This document shows positions 1-11,479 of a stretch of 64,000 bases of DNA, one piece after another. Both the position numbers and the translations under genes were made by a program. The notes beneath the pieces are model-generated. The model saw only the letters and a program-made list of their open reading frames with translations, searched no databases and was not told the DNA's origin. The stretch is from Squalus acanthias (lineage: Eukaryota), in assembly GCA_030390025.1 (NCBI GenBank), contig CM059431.1:152582001-152646000 (forward strand), given 5' to 3'. Numbering within the stretch: position 1 is the stretch's first letter; the number at the start of each line of letters is the position of its first letter.

Positions 1-1800
1 GAACAGTTTAAGATAGAGCAAAGGAGGGCAAAGGGCTTAATCAAGAAGGGCAAAATAGCTTACGAAAGCAAGCTGGCGGAAAATATAAAAACTAACTCCA
101 AAAGCTTTTATAAGTATATCAAGAGGAAAAGACTGGTGAAAACCAAAGTTGGTCCATTGCAGTCAGATACGGGGGAATATATAATGGGAAATAAGGAAAT
201 GGCAGACCAACTAAATGCATACTTTGGGTCAGTCTTTACGAAGGAAGACACAAAAAACCTCCCTGGGATATCGGGAAAAATAGGGACATTGGCAAAGGAG
301 GAACTGACGCAAATCAATATCTCTAAGGATATGGTGTTAAGGAAGCTAAAGGGATTGAAGGCGGACAAATCCCCAGGGCCTGATAACATGCATCCTAGGG
401 TACTGAAGGAGGTGGCCCTAGAGATAGCGGATGCACTAAGCATGATTTTTCAGAATTCATTAGACTCGGGAACAGTGCCCATGGATTGGAGGGTAGCTAA
501 CGTTACCCCACTATTCAAAAAGGGGGGTAGGGAAAAAGCAGGTAATTACAGACCTGTAAGCCTTACATCAGTTGTGGGCAAAATGCTGGAGTCCATCATT
601 AAGGATGAAATAGCCGAGCACTTAGCAAATGGGGACAGGATAGGACAGAGTCAACATGGATTTACAAAGGGTAAATCGTGCTTGACTAATCTATTGGAAT
701 TTTTTGAGGGAGTAACTGGTAAAATAGATGGGGGAGAGCCAGTAGATGTGGTGTACCTGGACTTCCAAAAGGCCTTCGATAAGGTCCCACATAAAAGATT
801 AGCATGGAAAATTGAAGCTCATGGGATAAAGGGGAAAGTATTGACGTGGATAGAGAACTGGCTGTCAGATAGAAAACAGAGAGTTGGAATAAACGGCTCA
901 TTTTCTGAATGGCAGGCAGTAACAAGTGGGGTACCACAGGGATCTGTCCTGGGTCCCCAGCTGTTCACAATTTATATTAATGACCTGGATCAGGGAGTCG
1001 AATGCAGCATTTCCAAATTTGCAGACGACACTAAACTAGGAGGGGGGGTGGGCTCAGAGGAGGAGACCAGGAAGCTCCAGAGCGATTTGGACAGACTGGG
1101 TGATTGGGCGGATAAATGGCAGATGCACTATAATGTGGACAAGTGCGAAGTTATCCACCTTGGGTGCAGGAACGGGAGGGCAAATTATTATTTAAATGGC
1201 AATAAATTGGGAGAGGGGGAAGTACAGAGAGACCTGGGTGTTCTTGTACACCAGTCACTGAAGGCGAGCATGCAGGTGCAACAGGCGGTCAAGAAGGCAA
1301 ACGGTATGCTGGCCTTCATAGCAAAAGGGTTGGAATACAGGAACAGGGATACCTTGCTGCAGCTGTACAGGGCACTGGTGAGACCACACCTCGAGTACTG
1401 TGTACAGTTTTGGTCGCCTCATCTGAGGAAAGATGTTCTTGCCATGGAGGGGGTGCAGCGGCGATTCACCAGGCTGATACCAGGAATGGCGGGATTGACC
1501 TATGAGGAGAGACTATGTAGTTTAGGGATGTACACACTGGAGTTTAGAAGATTGAGAGGGGACCTCATAGAAGTGTATAAAATTCTGACAGGTCTAGACA
1601 GATTAGATGCAGAAGGAATGTTTCCCTTGGCGGGTGAGAACAGAACTAGAGGACATAATTTAAGGATAAGGGCTAAACCATTTAGGACAGAAATGAGGGG
1701 GAATTTCTTCACTCAGAGAGTGGTGAACCTGTGGAACTCATTGCCACAGAGGGCAGTGTACGCCAGCTCATTAAATATATTTAAGAGGGAATTAGATATA
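1..1800 (+). mobile_element. CR1 (HER1-like) LINE, ORF2 reverse transcriptase region; uninterrupted frame; 3' tail lost at the junction with a MITE fragment
   Basis: ORF 136.. has CR1 RT motifs KSPGPD, NYRPVSLTS, QHGF, LDFQKAFDKVPH, GVPQGSVLGP, KFADDTK, RPHLEYCVQFWSP. CR1 similarity stops at ...KRELDI (1800). Confidence 0.97.
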
Positions 1801-2060
1801 TTAAAAGTGGGTCTTTCTCCTCCTTTTTACATTTCCAAAATCTTCCGTACTTACCTGCGCGTCCAAAGCATGAAGTGCACAGCGTGCGCGCAGCCTGTAG
1901 CTCGCACGCGATGCACCGAGGACACGCCCCCTTTTCAGAAGAGCAATTGCCGGTTTTCAGCGCATGCGCAGGGCATGCAGAAAACCGGCAATTGGAGTGG
2001 GAATACGCGAGAGTACGCAGTGCGTACTCTCGCGTCCCGGGATCAATTTTCGGCCCATTA
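1801..2060 (-). mobile_element. Truncated copy (one arm) of the hairpin-rich MITE at 34157-34903
   Basis: Near-identical reverse complement of 34157-34414. Ends in the TIR gggatcaattttcggcccat. Internal hairpins acgcgagagtacgca-g-tgcgtactctcgcgt and caattgccggttttc...gaaaaccggcaattg. Confidence 0.85.
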
Positions 2061-2071
2061 AAATCTAACAG

Positions 2072-2241
2072 AGGCACGGACCCCGCGTGGTTCGGAAGGT
2101 TAAGTGATTGGGATAAATAAATGGATAAAGATAGTCAGGTGTATAAAGCATCAATGCTTTTATAAGCAGCAACATTTTGGTAATGGTAACCCGCGCTTTT
2201 CGGTTTACAAGACCGACGACTTACCGTTTGGCCACCGCGCC
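2072..2241 (-). pseudogene. tRNA-Thr(CGT-family) pseudogene split by a 93-bp insertion in the T-loop; anticodon now reads TGT
   Basis: Minus strand GGCGCGGTGGCCAAACGGTAAGTCGTCGGTCTTGTAAACCGAAAAGCGCGGGTT (2241-2188), then CGAACCACG-CGGGG-TCCGTGCCT (2094-2072). Matches vertebrate tRNA-Thr-CGT as recalled. Acceptor stem GGCGCGG/CCGTGCC pairs. TTTT follows shortly downstream. Confidence 0.85.
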
Positions 2242-2359
2242 ACCTACTTGCAAACCGGGCGAATCCGGTTGTTCCACTGCAGTTGTCATACACAAGATGT
2301 CAGACATGTTTCAAGATTAATACCTGAATGGACCTTCCAATACTCGGAGATGGGGTACT

Positions 2360-3240
2360 GACCAGTATTGGGTACTAATCTAGCTTCCCCTTAAATACAC
2401 CTATGCTATTTGAATGAATCTACTCCTTGTGCTAGCGAGTTCCACATTCTAACCACTCTCTGGTAAAAAAGTTAATCATGAATTCCGATTTGATATATTA
2501 ATGACTGTCTTATATTTATAACGCCCAGTATTGGTCTCCCATAAAAGTGGAAACATTTTCTCTACGTCTACCCTATAAAATCCTGCTGTAATCTTAAAGA
2601 ATTCTACCAGGTCGCCCCTCCGCCTTCCCTTTTCGAGAGAAAAGATCCCCAGCCTGCTCAATCTTTTCTGATAGGTTCGTTCTGCCAGCATCATTGTAAA
2701 TCGTTTTTATGCCATCTTCAGTGCCACTGTATCATGTTGATAATATTTTGACCAGAACTGTGCACAGTACTAAAAGTGGGCTCCAACCAAGGTTCTATAC
2801 AAATTTAACAACATTTCTGGTCGGTTTGGTGGAATCCTTATTCCTCCTACCAAAATACAACACCTCACACTGACTTATATTGAAATTCATTTGTCAATTG
2901 CTCTTCCATTTTACAGTCTAACTGTATGTTATCGCAGTCTTCCTCAGTATTAACTATAACTCCCAATTTGGTGACAAATGCAAATTTTGATATTGTATTT
3001 CAGATTCTCGAGTCCAATAAAATTGGTTAAATGGTGGAGAACAGTGGTCCCAGCAACGACCCTTGTGAAAAACCACTTTCCACCTTCCACGAGTCTGAGT
3101 GTCTAACTTTAACCCCCACTCTCTAGTTATAGTTTTGTATCCAGATTGCTTTACTTTCTGCTACTTGCCCCCTGACTCCATGCACCGACCTCAGTTAGGA
3201 GTCGACTATTTGGTACCTTATCAAAGGGCTTATGCAAGTT
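2360..3240 (-). mobile_element. Degenerate CR1 LINE ORF2 3' fragment
   Basis: ORF 2476..2694 (RRRGDLVEFFKI...KMFPL) plus decayed RT sequence. Confidence 0.85.
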
Positions 3241-3355
3241 CAATGGATTGGAAATGTCAATCGACTGGGATATATAAATGGATTGGGAAAGTGAATGGAC
3301 TGGAATATGTCAATAATTGGGGAAGTCAATGGACTAGAATATATAAATGGATTCG
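3240..3355. repeat. Degenerate minisatellite (caatggactgggaatat-like units); resumes after the CR1 insert at ~3830-4000
   Basis: Recurrent aatgga(c/t)tgg motifs. Confidence 0.6.
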
Positions 3356-3822
3356 TAGAATCATAGATTCATAGAATGGTTACAGCACAGAAGGAGGTCA
3401 TTCGGCCCGTGGAGCCCGTGCCGGCTTTCTGCAAGAGCAGGTCAGCAAGTCCTATGCACCCGCCCTTTCCCCGTAGCCCAGCAATTCTTTTTTATCCTTC
3501 AGGTACTTATCCAATTCCCTTTTTAAAGCCAAGATTAAGTCTGCCTCCACCATCCTTTCAGGCAGTGCACTCAAGAAACTAACCACTAGCTGCGTTAAAA
3601 TGTTTTTCCTCATGTCGCCTTTGGTTATTTTGCCTATCACCTTAAATCTGTGTCCTCTGGTTCTCGTCTCTTCCACAAACGGGAACAGTTTCTCTCTATC
3701 TTCTCTGTCTAGACTCCTCATTATTTTGAACACCTCTATCAAATCTTCTCTCAACCTTCCCTGCTCCAAGGAGAACAACTCCAGCTTCTCTCGTCTATCC
3801 ACGTAAATAAAGTGAAAGTTCA
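3355..3822 (-). mobile_element. CR1 LINE 3' fragment with (catagaat)n tail
   Basis: ORF 3452..3823 (LFSLEQGRLREDLIEVFKIM...RTRGH). Microsatellite tail at 3355-3376. Confidence 0.9.
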
Positions 3823-4249
3823 TTAAAATTCGGAAAGTTAATGGACTGGGATAAATAAATGGATGAAGATAGTCAGGTATTTACAGCATCAATGCTTTCA
3901 CAAGCAGCAACGACCTGGGAATGTTAACAGATCGAGATATAATAGTGTGGAATAACGTCAACGATTGGGAATGCCAATGGTTTACGACTTATCGATGGTT
4001 TGGTAAAACAACCGCTGCCTTTATGTCTGACTGTACCTTTGCCTATACCAGTTTGTCTGTCACTACTTCTGGCGTGTCACTTTGTACCTTCCGCCCGTCT
4101 GAGAGTCAGCTCAGTGGGTCAGAGCCAGAGCTTCAGATTCAGAACGTCGTGGGATCATTTGTCAATGATCAGCCCGATTGTCGTCCGTTTCCCATTAGCT
4201 CTCTCGGCTCTGGGTCAATAAGTCATGCTTTCAAATTCTTCCTCCGTGA

Positions 4250-4582
4250 GACCTGAGCCCGAAATCTAGATCGTCACTCCCAGTTCAGTACTGAGGGAGG
4301 GCTACAATGTCGGAGGGGCAGTCTTCTTTAGAGGTGCATGTTGCTCCTTCAGGTGGACATAAAAATCCCATTGCACGATTTCGAAGATAAGTAGTGGAGT
4401 GCTTCCCGGTCTCCTGGGGAATAGCTACCGCTCAACATCAATAAACAAGGAAAACAGGATTTACAGTTTGCTATTTGTGGAACTGTGCTGTGCGCAATTT
4501 GGCTGCCGCGTTTCCTTCATTGGCTGTAAAGCGCTTTGGGAGGTCCGGCGGTCATCAAAGGCGCTATATAAATGCAAGCATT
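4250..4582 (+). mobile_element. Deu-domain SINE (SacSINE1-like), degenerate
   Basis: gtactgagggag...gtcggagg core and tail gtaaagcgctttggga...ggcgctatataaatgcaag shared with 48355-48805. Confidence 0.75.
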
Positions 4583-5869
4583 CTGCCGTCCGCTATCAGT
4601 CTCAGTCTCTTTGTCTGATTTAATGTCTAAGTTCCTTTGTCCCTTTAAAATGTGGTACTGATGCATTAGGTGCGACTTATAATTGGGACTCATAGACAGG
4701 GGGACTCCAAGCGAGATTGACTATCTCTCTGTCTCTAATACAAGCTGATTAAAGAATAACAAAGACGTTAAGAGATCGGAAAATATTTATGCCTCGCTCC
4801 TGTTTCAAACCACAAAATGATGGAAATGCTACCGCCGGGAAACCTAGTCCGGCAGAATTGTTAAATATCCAAAGTTTACACGGGGAGGTAAAGATTTTAG
4901 TTGTGATGGCGAGAGACAAGGACACAGGGCGATTAAATGGCTCAGGCAAAATCATGTCATTAAAGATTGGAGTCTTAAAACCGCTACAGATACAGGTTCG
5001 AACCAGCGATCAGCGAGTTTACAAGACGGTGCCCGACAACTTGGCCACCAGGCCACATGTCAGGACTGGTTACGACAACTTGTGGGTAAAAAGAACAAAA
5101 TAACAACTCATTTTAAACTTTTTAGCCTTCATAAGGAGGTTTCCAAATCCAAGATTTGCCAGTACAACCAAGATGGTTAAAGAAGCAGAATCATCTCAAA
5201 TGTCCTAAAATTCCAATTCAAATCATTAGCGTTTAAAAAATTCAAACTGCCAATTTTAATAGGTGAAAGACTCACGTCCGGAATTAGAAACCTTCCCATA
5301 ATTTAACATAATAAGCAGAATTTCAATGTGGCCGCAATGAAAGTCGGCTTTTCACAATTTAATAGGTTAGTTCACCTCAATGGCTCCAGTGTAATTCAGA
5401 CCAACATTTTATTAACTAACAACAATAAACGATAAAATAATCAAAAAAGCCCATGCTTACAAAATCCCAGAAAATTACGTCATCTGTTTTCTTTTGTTCT
5501 TCAGGCGCCTTTCCAAATAACTGTAACATAACTGAAGAAAAAGGTGGCTTTTACAGTTAAAGAAAACATTGAAAACTTTTACACAAAAGGGAAAGAGGGC
5601 GGATCCACATCCAGTAGCAGCGAAACATTCACACAGGCTTTATAAAGAGACAGTACACTGAAATCTTGAAGCCTTTCGCAGTAGAAAAGGGACAGAATCT
5701 TTCCCTTTCTCCTTCTATATTCCATCATATCCTTTATCCTTTTTCTCTCCAACCAATTTTTAAGTTCTGATGTTTGCTACTTAACTGCAATTCGAATAAC
5801 AGTCAATTATAAACAAGACGAACTGGTTACCTTTCCGAGTTCTGTGAAATGTACACATGTAATCAATCT

Positions 5870-6380
5870 ACATTTGCTCTCTATCTACCCCATCAGTTCC
5901 CCTTAATACCTTGAACGCTTTGATCAAATCTCGCCTTACCGTCTAAATTCCAGGGAATACCACCGTCGTTTGTTTAATCTCTGTTCGTAATTTAACCCAT
6001 AGCTTCTGGCAAATCTACGCTGCACTCCATCCAAGGCCAAGGTATCCTTCCTAAGGTATGGTCTAACCAGGGATTAGTCTAGCAGTAGAATACATTCTAC
6101 CCTCTCGTATTCTAGTCCTCAGATATAAAGGCCAGCATTCCATTAGCCTGTTTGATTATTTCTATATCTATCCATGACATTTTAATGATCTATGTACATA
6201 GACCCACAAGTCTCTTTGGACCGCCACTGTTTCTAGCTTTTCTCCATTTAGAAAGTACTCTTTTCTATCCTTTTATGTTCAAAGTGGATGAACTCACGTT
6301 TGCCTGTATTGAAATCCATTTGCCATAGTTTTTGCCCATTTACTTAATCTATTAATATACCTTTGTAATTGTGTGCTTCC
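5870..6380 (-). mobile_element. Degenerate CR1 fragment
   Basis: Reverse-complement similarity to the CR1 ORF2 C-terminal region (aaggccagcattccattagcc, aaagtggatgaactcac). Confidence 0.75.
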
Positions 6381-7512
6381 ATTGATTTAAAATAAAAGTT
6401 AACTGAGGAAATCACCTAAAAAGTAATCTCACTGTGATGAGAACAAAGCACACCCTGGCACTTGTGTGGGATCAATGTTACTTGTCACTTATCAATCCAG
6501 GCCTGAATGTCTGTGATGTCTACAAGAGATTGAGCTCTACGTGGCGAGCACAATGTCTCCTCCACTGTTACGTCAGAGCGCCCCATACTTTTGTACCTGT
6601 TCTACTCCCACTATAAAATACAAAATGTATACAGCACATACTTACAGATGTTATTCATCCTGTACTCTGCAGCGTAGTTGTTCCCGTAAGATGCAGACGG
6701 CGGTAGTAGTTTACCTCCTGTCCCAGAGCTCGCTCGGAAGTGTGTTCATGATGCATGAGGTTTCTTCTATACGATGTCTATGAACCCCTAGTGTTCAAAA
6801 TAAAAAGCTGAAAGTTTAGGCGCTGGTGACTCGCCAAAAATGTTGGTTAAAAGACACATATTGTCTTTTTGCAGGAGTCGTAATGAATTTAGTCGTTGCT
6901 TCAGGTTCAATCACTTTATTTCTTCAGTCAGCATGCAAAGAACGTTACAAGCAACGTGAATTAAACAGATACGAAAACAGGAATGTAGAAAAGCATTTCC
7001 AAGCACAAAATGTTGCTTTTTATATGATTTTTGTTCCCCTAGTAAAATTGAATCGGTTTCTTCTCCCTTGATTGGATTCCTTGTGTCATCTGACTTAACA
7101 TGACTCTCCCTTCAGTAACTTTCCATTGTCACCAGACTGATCCAAGGCCTAGGTTATCCTGCACGTAGCATTCCCTTATCTCGTCTGTCCTCATTCTTTC
7201 ATCTGTCTGCTTTCTGTGTGAAAAGCAGCTGCATTTTAAGGACTCATTTTCTTTCAAACGTTTACAGCCGAAAGGCTTTCTTCTGGTAGGCTTCCAGGAT
7301 CCAGGTACAATGCTTTATTTCAATTAATTACTACACGCACACTCTCTCGCAATAATGTTTCATATTCGCTATGCTAAACTAGTTTAATTTCCCACCTATT
7401 TTTGCTGCCAAGCTATTTTTTTAACGTCTCAGTTACCTGATGCTTTTATTTTGTCTGCTCAGTTAAATGTTAGTTTCTCCGCAAGCTCTCCGCCTCTTCC
7501 TTCTCCATGTTT

Positions 7513-8027
7513 CAAGAGGGAGTGCAGCGAAGGTTCACCAGACAGATTCCTGGGATGGCAGGACTGTCGTATGAGGAGAAATTGGGTCGACTCGGCCTGT
7601 ATTCACGAGAGTTTAGATGAATGAGAGGGGATCTCATTGAAACGTATACAATTCTGACAGGGCTAGAGAGACTGGATGCACGGAGGATGTTTCCCCTGCC
7701 TGGGAGGTTGAGAACGAGCGGTCACAATCTCGGGATACGGGGTAGGACATTTAGGACTGAGATGAGGAGAAATTTCTTCACTCAGAGGATGGTGAACCTG
7801 TGGAATTCTCTACTACAGAAGGCTGTGGAGACCAAGTCACTGAATATATTTACGAAGGAGATAGATAGATTTCTAGACACAAAAGGCATCAAGGGGTATG
7901 GGGACAGAGCGGGAATATGGTATTGAGATAGAAGGTCAGCCATGATCATATTGAATGGCGGAGCAGCTCGAAGGGCAGAATGGCCTACTGCTGCTCCTAT
8001 TTTACTATGTTTATATGTTTCTATGTC
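7513..8027 (+). mobile_element. 5'-truncated CR1 LINE with 3' tail
   Basis: ORF 7621..7926 MRGDLIETY...FFTQRMVNLWNSL. 3' stem-loop and (tatgttt)n tail. Confidence 0.92.
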
Positions 8028-8422
8028 CCGTGTACCAACACAATTCCCCTACGCTTCTTGCAATATTACAATTGGGCTCGGTACAACTTTTCATCTGAGT
8101 GTCAGTATGGAATGTTTGTTCCGTCTCTGGGGCGGGCTTCAACCCGAGACATTATGACTCAAGATTCTTGACAGATCGGAAGTGCCGGTTTTCAGCACAC
8201 AGCTCGTACACACCCGTAGGCATCGGAAATTACGGGTCAATGTATTCTTCCTTGTTATCTATAATTATGGGTGCTAATACGGACTGGCGAGCGTATTTTA
8301 TTCCTTGTGATGTGCATTAAGTATATGTACTCGAATTGGAGCGAAGTGATCTGTGTGAAGTTCCTGTACTTGCATGGTAGATATGAAATAAATTCGCCGC
8401 AGAAATTGAGGGCTTTTCCGTT

Positions 8423-8845
8423 TAAGAACATAAGAACATAAGAATTAGCAGCAGGAGTAATCCATCGGGCCCCTCGAACCTGCTCCGCATTCAATAAGTT
8501 CATGTCTGATCTTCGACCTGCACTTTCCCGCCCGATCACCATCCCTTGATTCCTCGAGAGCCCAAAATGCTGTCGATCTCAGCCTTGAATATTCTCAACG
8601 ACTCAGCATCCAGAGCACTTTGGGGTAGAGAAATCTGAAAATTTAAAACCCTCTGAGTGAAGAAATGTCTGTCTCTTAAATGGCCGACCCCTTATTGAGA
8701 GACTATGCTCCCTCGTTCTAGAGTCTTCAGCCAGGGGAAACACCCTCTTAGCATCTACCATGTCACTCCCCCTCATAATCGTATATGTTTTTAGATCACC
8801 TCTAATTCTTCTAAACTCCGGAGAGTTTCGGCCCAATCTACTCAA
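8423..8845 (-). mobile_element. 5'-truncated CR1 LINE
   Basis: taagaacataagaacataagaa tail; ORF 8603..8845. Confidence 0.88.
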
Positions 8846-9800
8846 ATTCGTCTAAGTACACGTTTTTTTCGGCGTGGTAAGTCTTAATTACTGCCAAACA
8901 ATCTCTCCAGCTCTGAAAATTAACATTTGCAATTGTGGAGTCTCATTCATTGAGATTTGAATTGTTGGAGTTCTACTTTTACTTTTTCTTTCCGTCTATT
9001 ATTCTCTTTCTCTTCAGCCAGTCTTTATTTCCCTCCCTAATTTTGCTTTCTGTACCTGATTTGACATTGAATTCACTACTCTGACGTATACCTCCTGTTT
9101 CGCACTGCGCTGTTCATTAACCATACTTCAACCTAATTGGTTAAGGTGATACACAGTTGCTTGCCCTGTTGACACAAGCCCCAGGTGCCTTGAAGAGGGC
9201 TCCACACCATGTGCAACTCACACTTACAGCAACTAGCAGTGCAAAAGCTCATGGAAATTAAATGGGCATGGGCAAGTCTCCTTCCTCCGCCGACTACAGT
9301 AAAGGCTGGCCCAGGAGGTAGGCCATTTAAGAGGGAAATTAGGAAGAAAGCGTTTGACAAATATTGGCAGCAGAAACCTCGAATTCTGTGCTCCAAAATG
9401 CGTGGCTGCTCGGAGAAATGGAGCTTTGAAGACTGAGATAGATTTTTGTTAGGTAATGCTTTCAAGAGCTTTGGAGCTGAAGTGGATAAATGGAGCAAAG
9501 GTACAGATCTGCCACGATCTAATTCAATGGCGGAGCAGGCTCCATAGGCGGAATGGCCGAGAGCTGTTCATATGAATTATTTTAGACGGTGATTACTGTA
9601 TCATTGGACATACGAAGAAACGAAAAGCTTTCGCAAAAAAATCCAGAAGTTTGTTCTCTAGTCCCCTTGTGTCAGCAATTTCGTAAACAAAGCGATAATT
9701 ACTCCAACGCCCATTTCTCTCAAACCAGGCAATCGTTTATTCAGAGAGCTGTTAGCATTTCGCTTGAGGCAGCGAACGTGGGGAAGCGTGCCGGCTTGTT

Positions 9801-10394
9801 TCATCCCGTTGCTGACTCAAAACGACTGGTGGAATCATCCAGCCGCGTTTCCTCTTCTTCACAGGGCAGAAAACTGTTTCCGTTCATGACTTTTTCTCTG
9901 AGATATTCCTCAATGCATTTCACTGCTGGGTTGTCCACTGCAGCGCCGAACTTGTTGGCAAACAGGTGGTGCTGATGCTGCAGGATCCAGTGCAAGTCTC
10001 CAGCGCCGTAGACACACATACCGTGACGGTGAATACCTGCGCAGGGCGAGTAGCTGCCTCTCTCCTTCCCCACACGTTCCAGGACCTGCCATTTTATCAA
10101 CCGCGGGACGACAGGGACATTTGGGCGACGGGAAGGGCCACTAAAGTGGCCAGAGCCGGGAACGCCGGGCATTCTGTGGTTGGTGGCCCAAATGTGTTCA
10201 TCGGGACTGCAGGTGGCTTCAGACCACTTTAAGAAATGTTGGATTTCGGGGCTCCTCAACACGTGGTTAACAAATTCCCTAGTAACCGCATAACACGCGT
10301 TTCCCGCGAAAACCGTGATATTGTTTAGCTGCTCTTTCAACTGACCAGTCCTCCATACAACGCTGCCAACCCGATATCGGTACTGCCACCGTCT
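9801..10394 (-). pseudogene. Terminal coding exon of a core-2/4 beta-1,6-N-acetylglucosaminyltransferase (GT14, GCNT3-like); upstream exons not found, probably a relic
   Basis: RWQY...VFAGNA.YAVTREFV.HVL...SPDEHIWAT...RLIKWQ...CAGIHRHGMCVYGAGDL...HHLFANKF matches the GCNT1/GCNT3 C-terminus. Pyrimidine-rich acceptor ctctttgtgtcactttcag|AGA at 10395/10394. Several conserved residues are altered (GNAY>GNAC, TYSPDE>TCSPDE, KFD>KFG). Confidence 0.8.
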
Positions 10395-10685
10395 CTGAAA
10401 GTGACACAAAGAGGAAGGATTATGAGCACCAATCATTCGCTGTTAAAACTCACAGTAAATGTGACTGCAACAGAACCGTTTCAATGAATTCGCATCTTGT
10501 CTCCACGCAGGGCGAACGGGAAATGTCTATTTATGCTGATTTGAATGAATACTTCGGAGTAAGAAGTAAGGACAAACGAGCCCAACCAGGAACCATTGCT
10601 TTATTATGTGGGAAAATAAATCGGTTTATGGTGTGAAACTCCACTCGCCATTAACGCATAATTATATTCATTATTATATGTGGGT

Positions 10686-10727
10686 GATAGACAGGTTGAT
10701 AGACAGGTAGATAGACAGATAGACAGG

Positions 10728-10761
<34 letters not shown>

Positions 10762-10762
10762 T

Positions 10763-10795
<33 letters not shown>

Positions 10796-11472
10796 CAGAC
10801 AGATAGATAGTAGATAGATATATNNNNNNNNNNNNNNNNNNNNNNNNNNNNNNNNNNNNNNNNNNNNNNNNNNNNNNNNNNNNNNNNNNNNNNNNNNNNN
10901 NNNNNNNNNNNNNNNNNNNNNNNNNNNNNNNNNNNNNNNNNNNNNNNNNNNNNNNNNNNNNNNNNNNNNNNNNNNNNNNNNNNNNNNNNNNNNTGAACAA
11001 ATGATTGGATGTAAGGANNNNNNNNNNNNNNNNNNNNNNNNNNNNNNNNNNNNNNNNNNNNNNNNNNNNNNNNNNNNNNNNNNNNNNNNNNNNNNNNNNN
11101 NNNNNNNNNNNNNNNNNNNNNNNNNNNNNNNNNNNNNNNNNNNNNNNNNNNNNNNNNTGGAAGGAACAATGAATAAATGAATGAATGAATGAAAGAATGA
11201 ATGAGTGAATTAAAGAATGAATGAATGAAAGAATGCATGAATGAATGCATGAGTGAATAAATGAATGAATGAATGGATTGATGGATAGATGACTGATTGT
11301 ATGANNNNNNNNNNNNNNNNNNNNNNNNNNNNNNNNNNNNNNNNNNNNNNNNNNNNNNNNNNNNNNNNNNNNNNNNNNNNNNNNNNNNNNNNNNNNNNNN
11401 NNNNNNNNNNNNNNNNNNNNNNNNNNNNNNNNNNNNNNNNNNNNNNNNNNNNNNNNNNNNNNGATGGATGCA
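10686..11472. repeat. (GATA)n and (GAAT/GGAT)n microsatellites with three assembly N-gaps
   Basis: Direct reading. N runs at ~10824-10993, 11018-11157 and 11305-11462. Confidence 0.95.
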
Positions 11473-11479
11473 TGTCTAT

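Noticed and set aside
136-2061. 641-aa ORF as a novel RT with a Cys-rich C-terminal domain
   Set aside because: The last ~86 aa are read-through into a non-coding MITE arm.
2081-2196. cccgcg as a 6-bp TSD of a Dada-type tRNA-targeting transposon
   Set aside because: The insert aligns end to end with local DNA at 3829-3928 and the tRNA T-arm sequence resumes at 2094, so the repeat is better explained by the tRNA stem itself.
4789-5103. 104-aa ORF
   Set aside because: No recognisable motif or convincing exon boundaries.
5505-5542. Possible + strand micro-exon (ttcttcag|...aaag|gtggct)
   Set aside because: Weak donor and no partner exons found.
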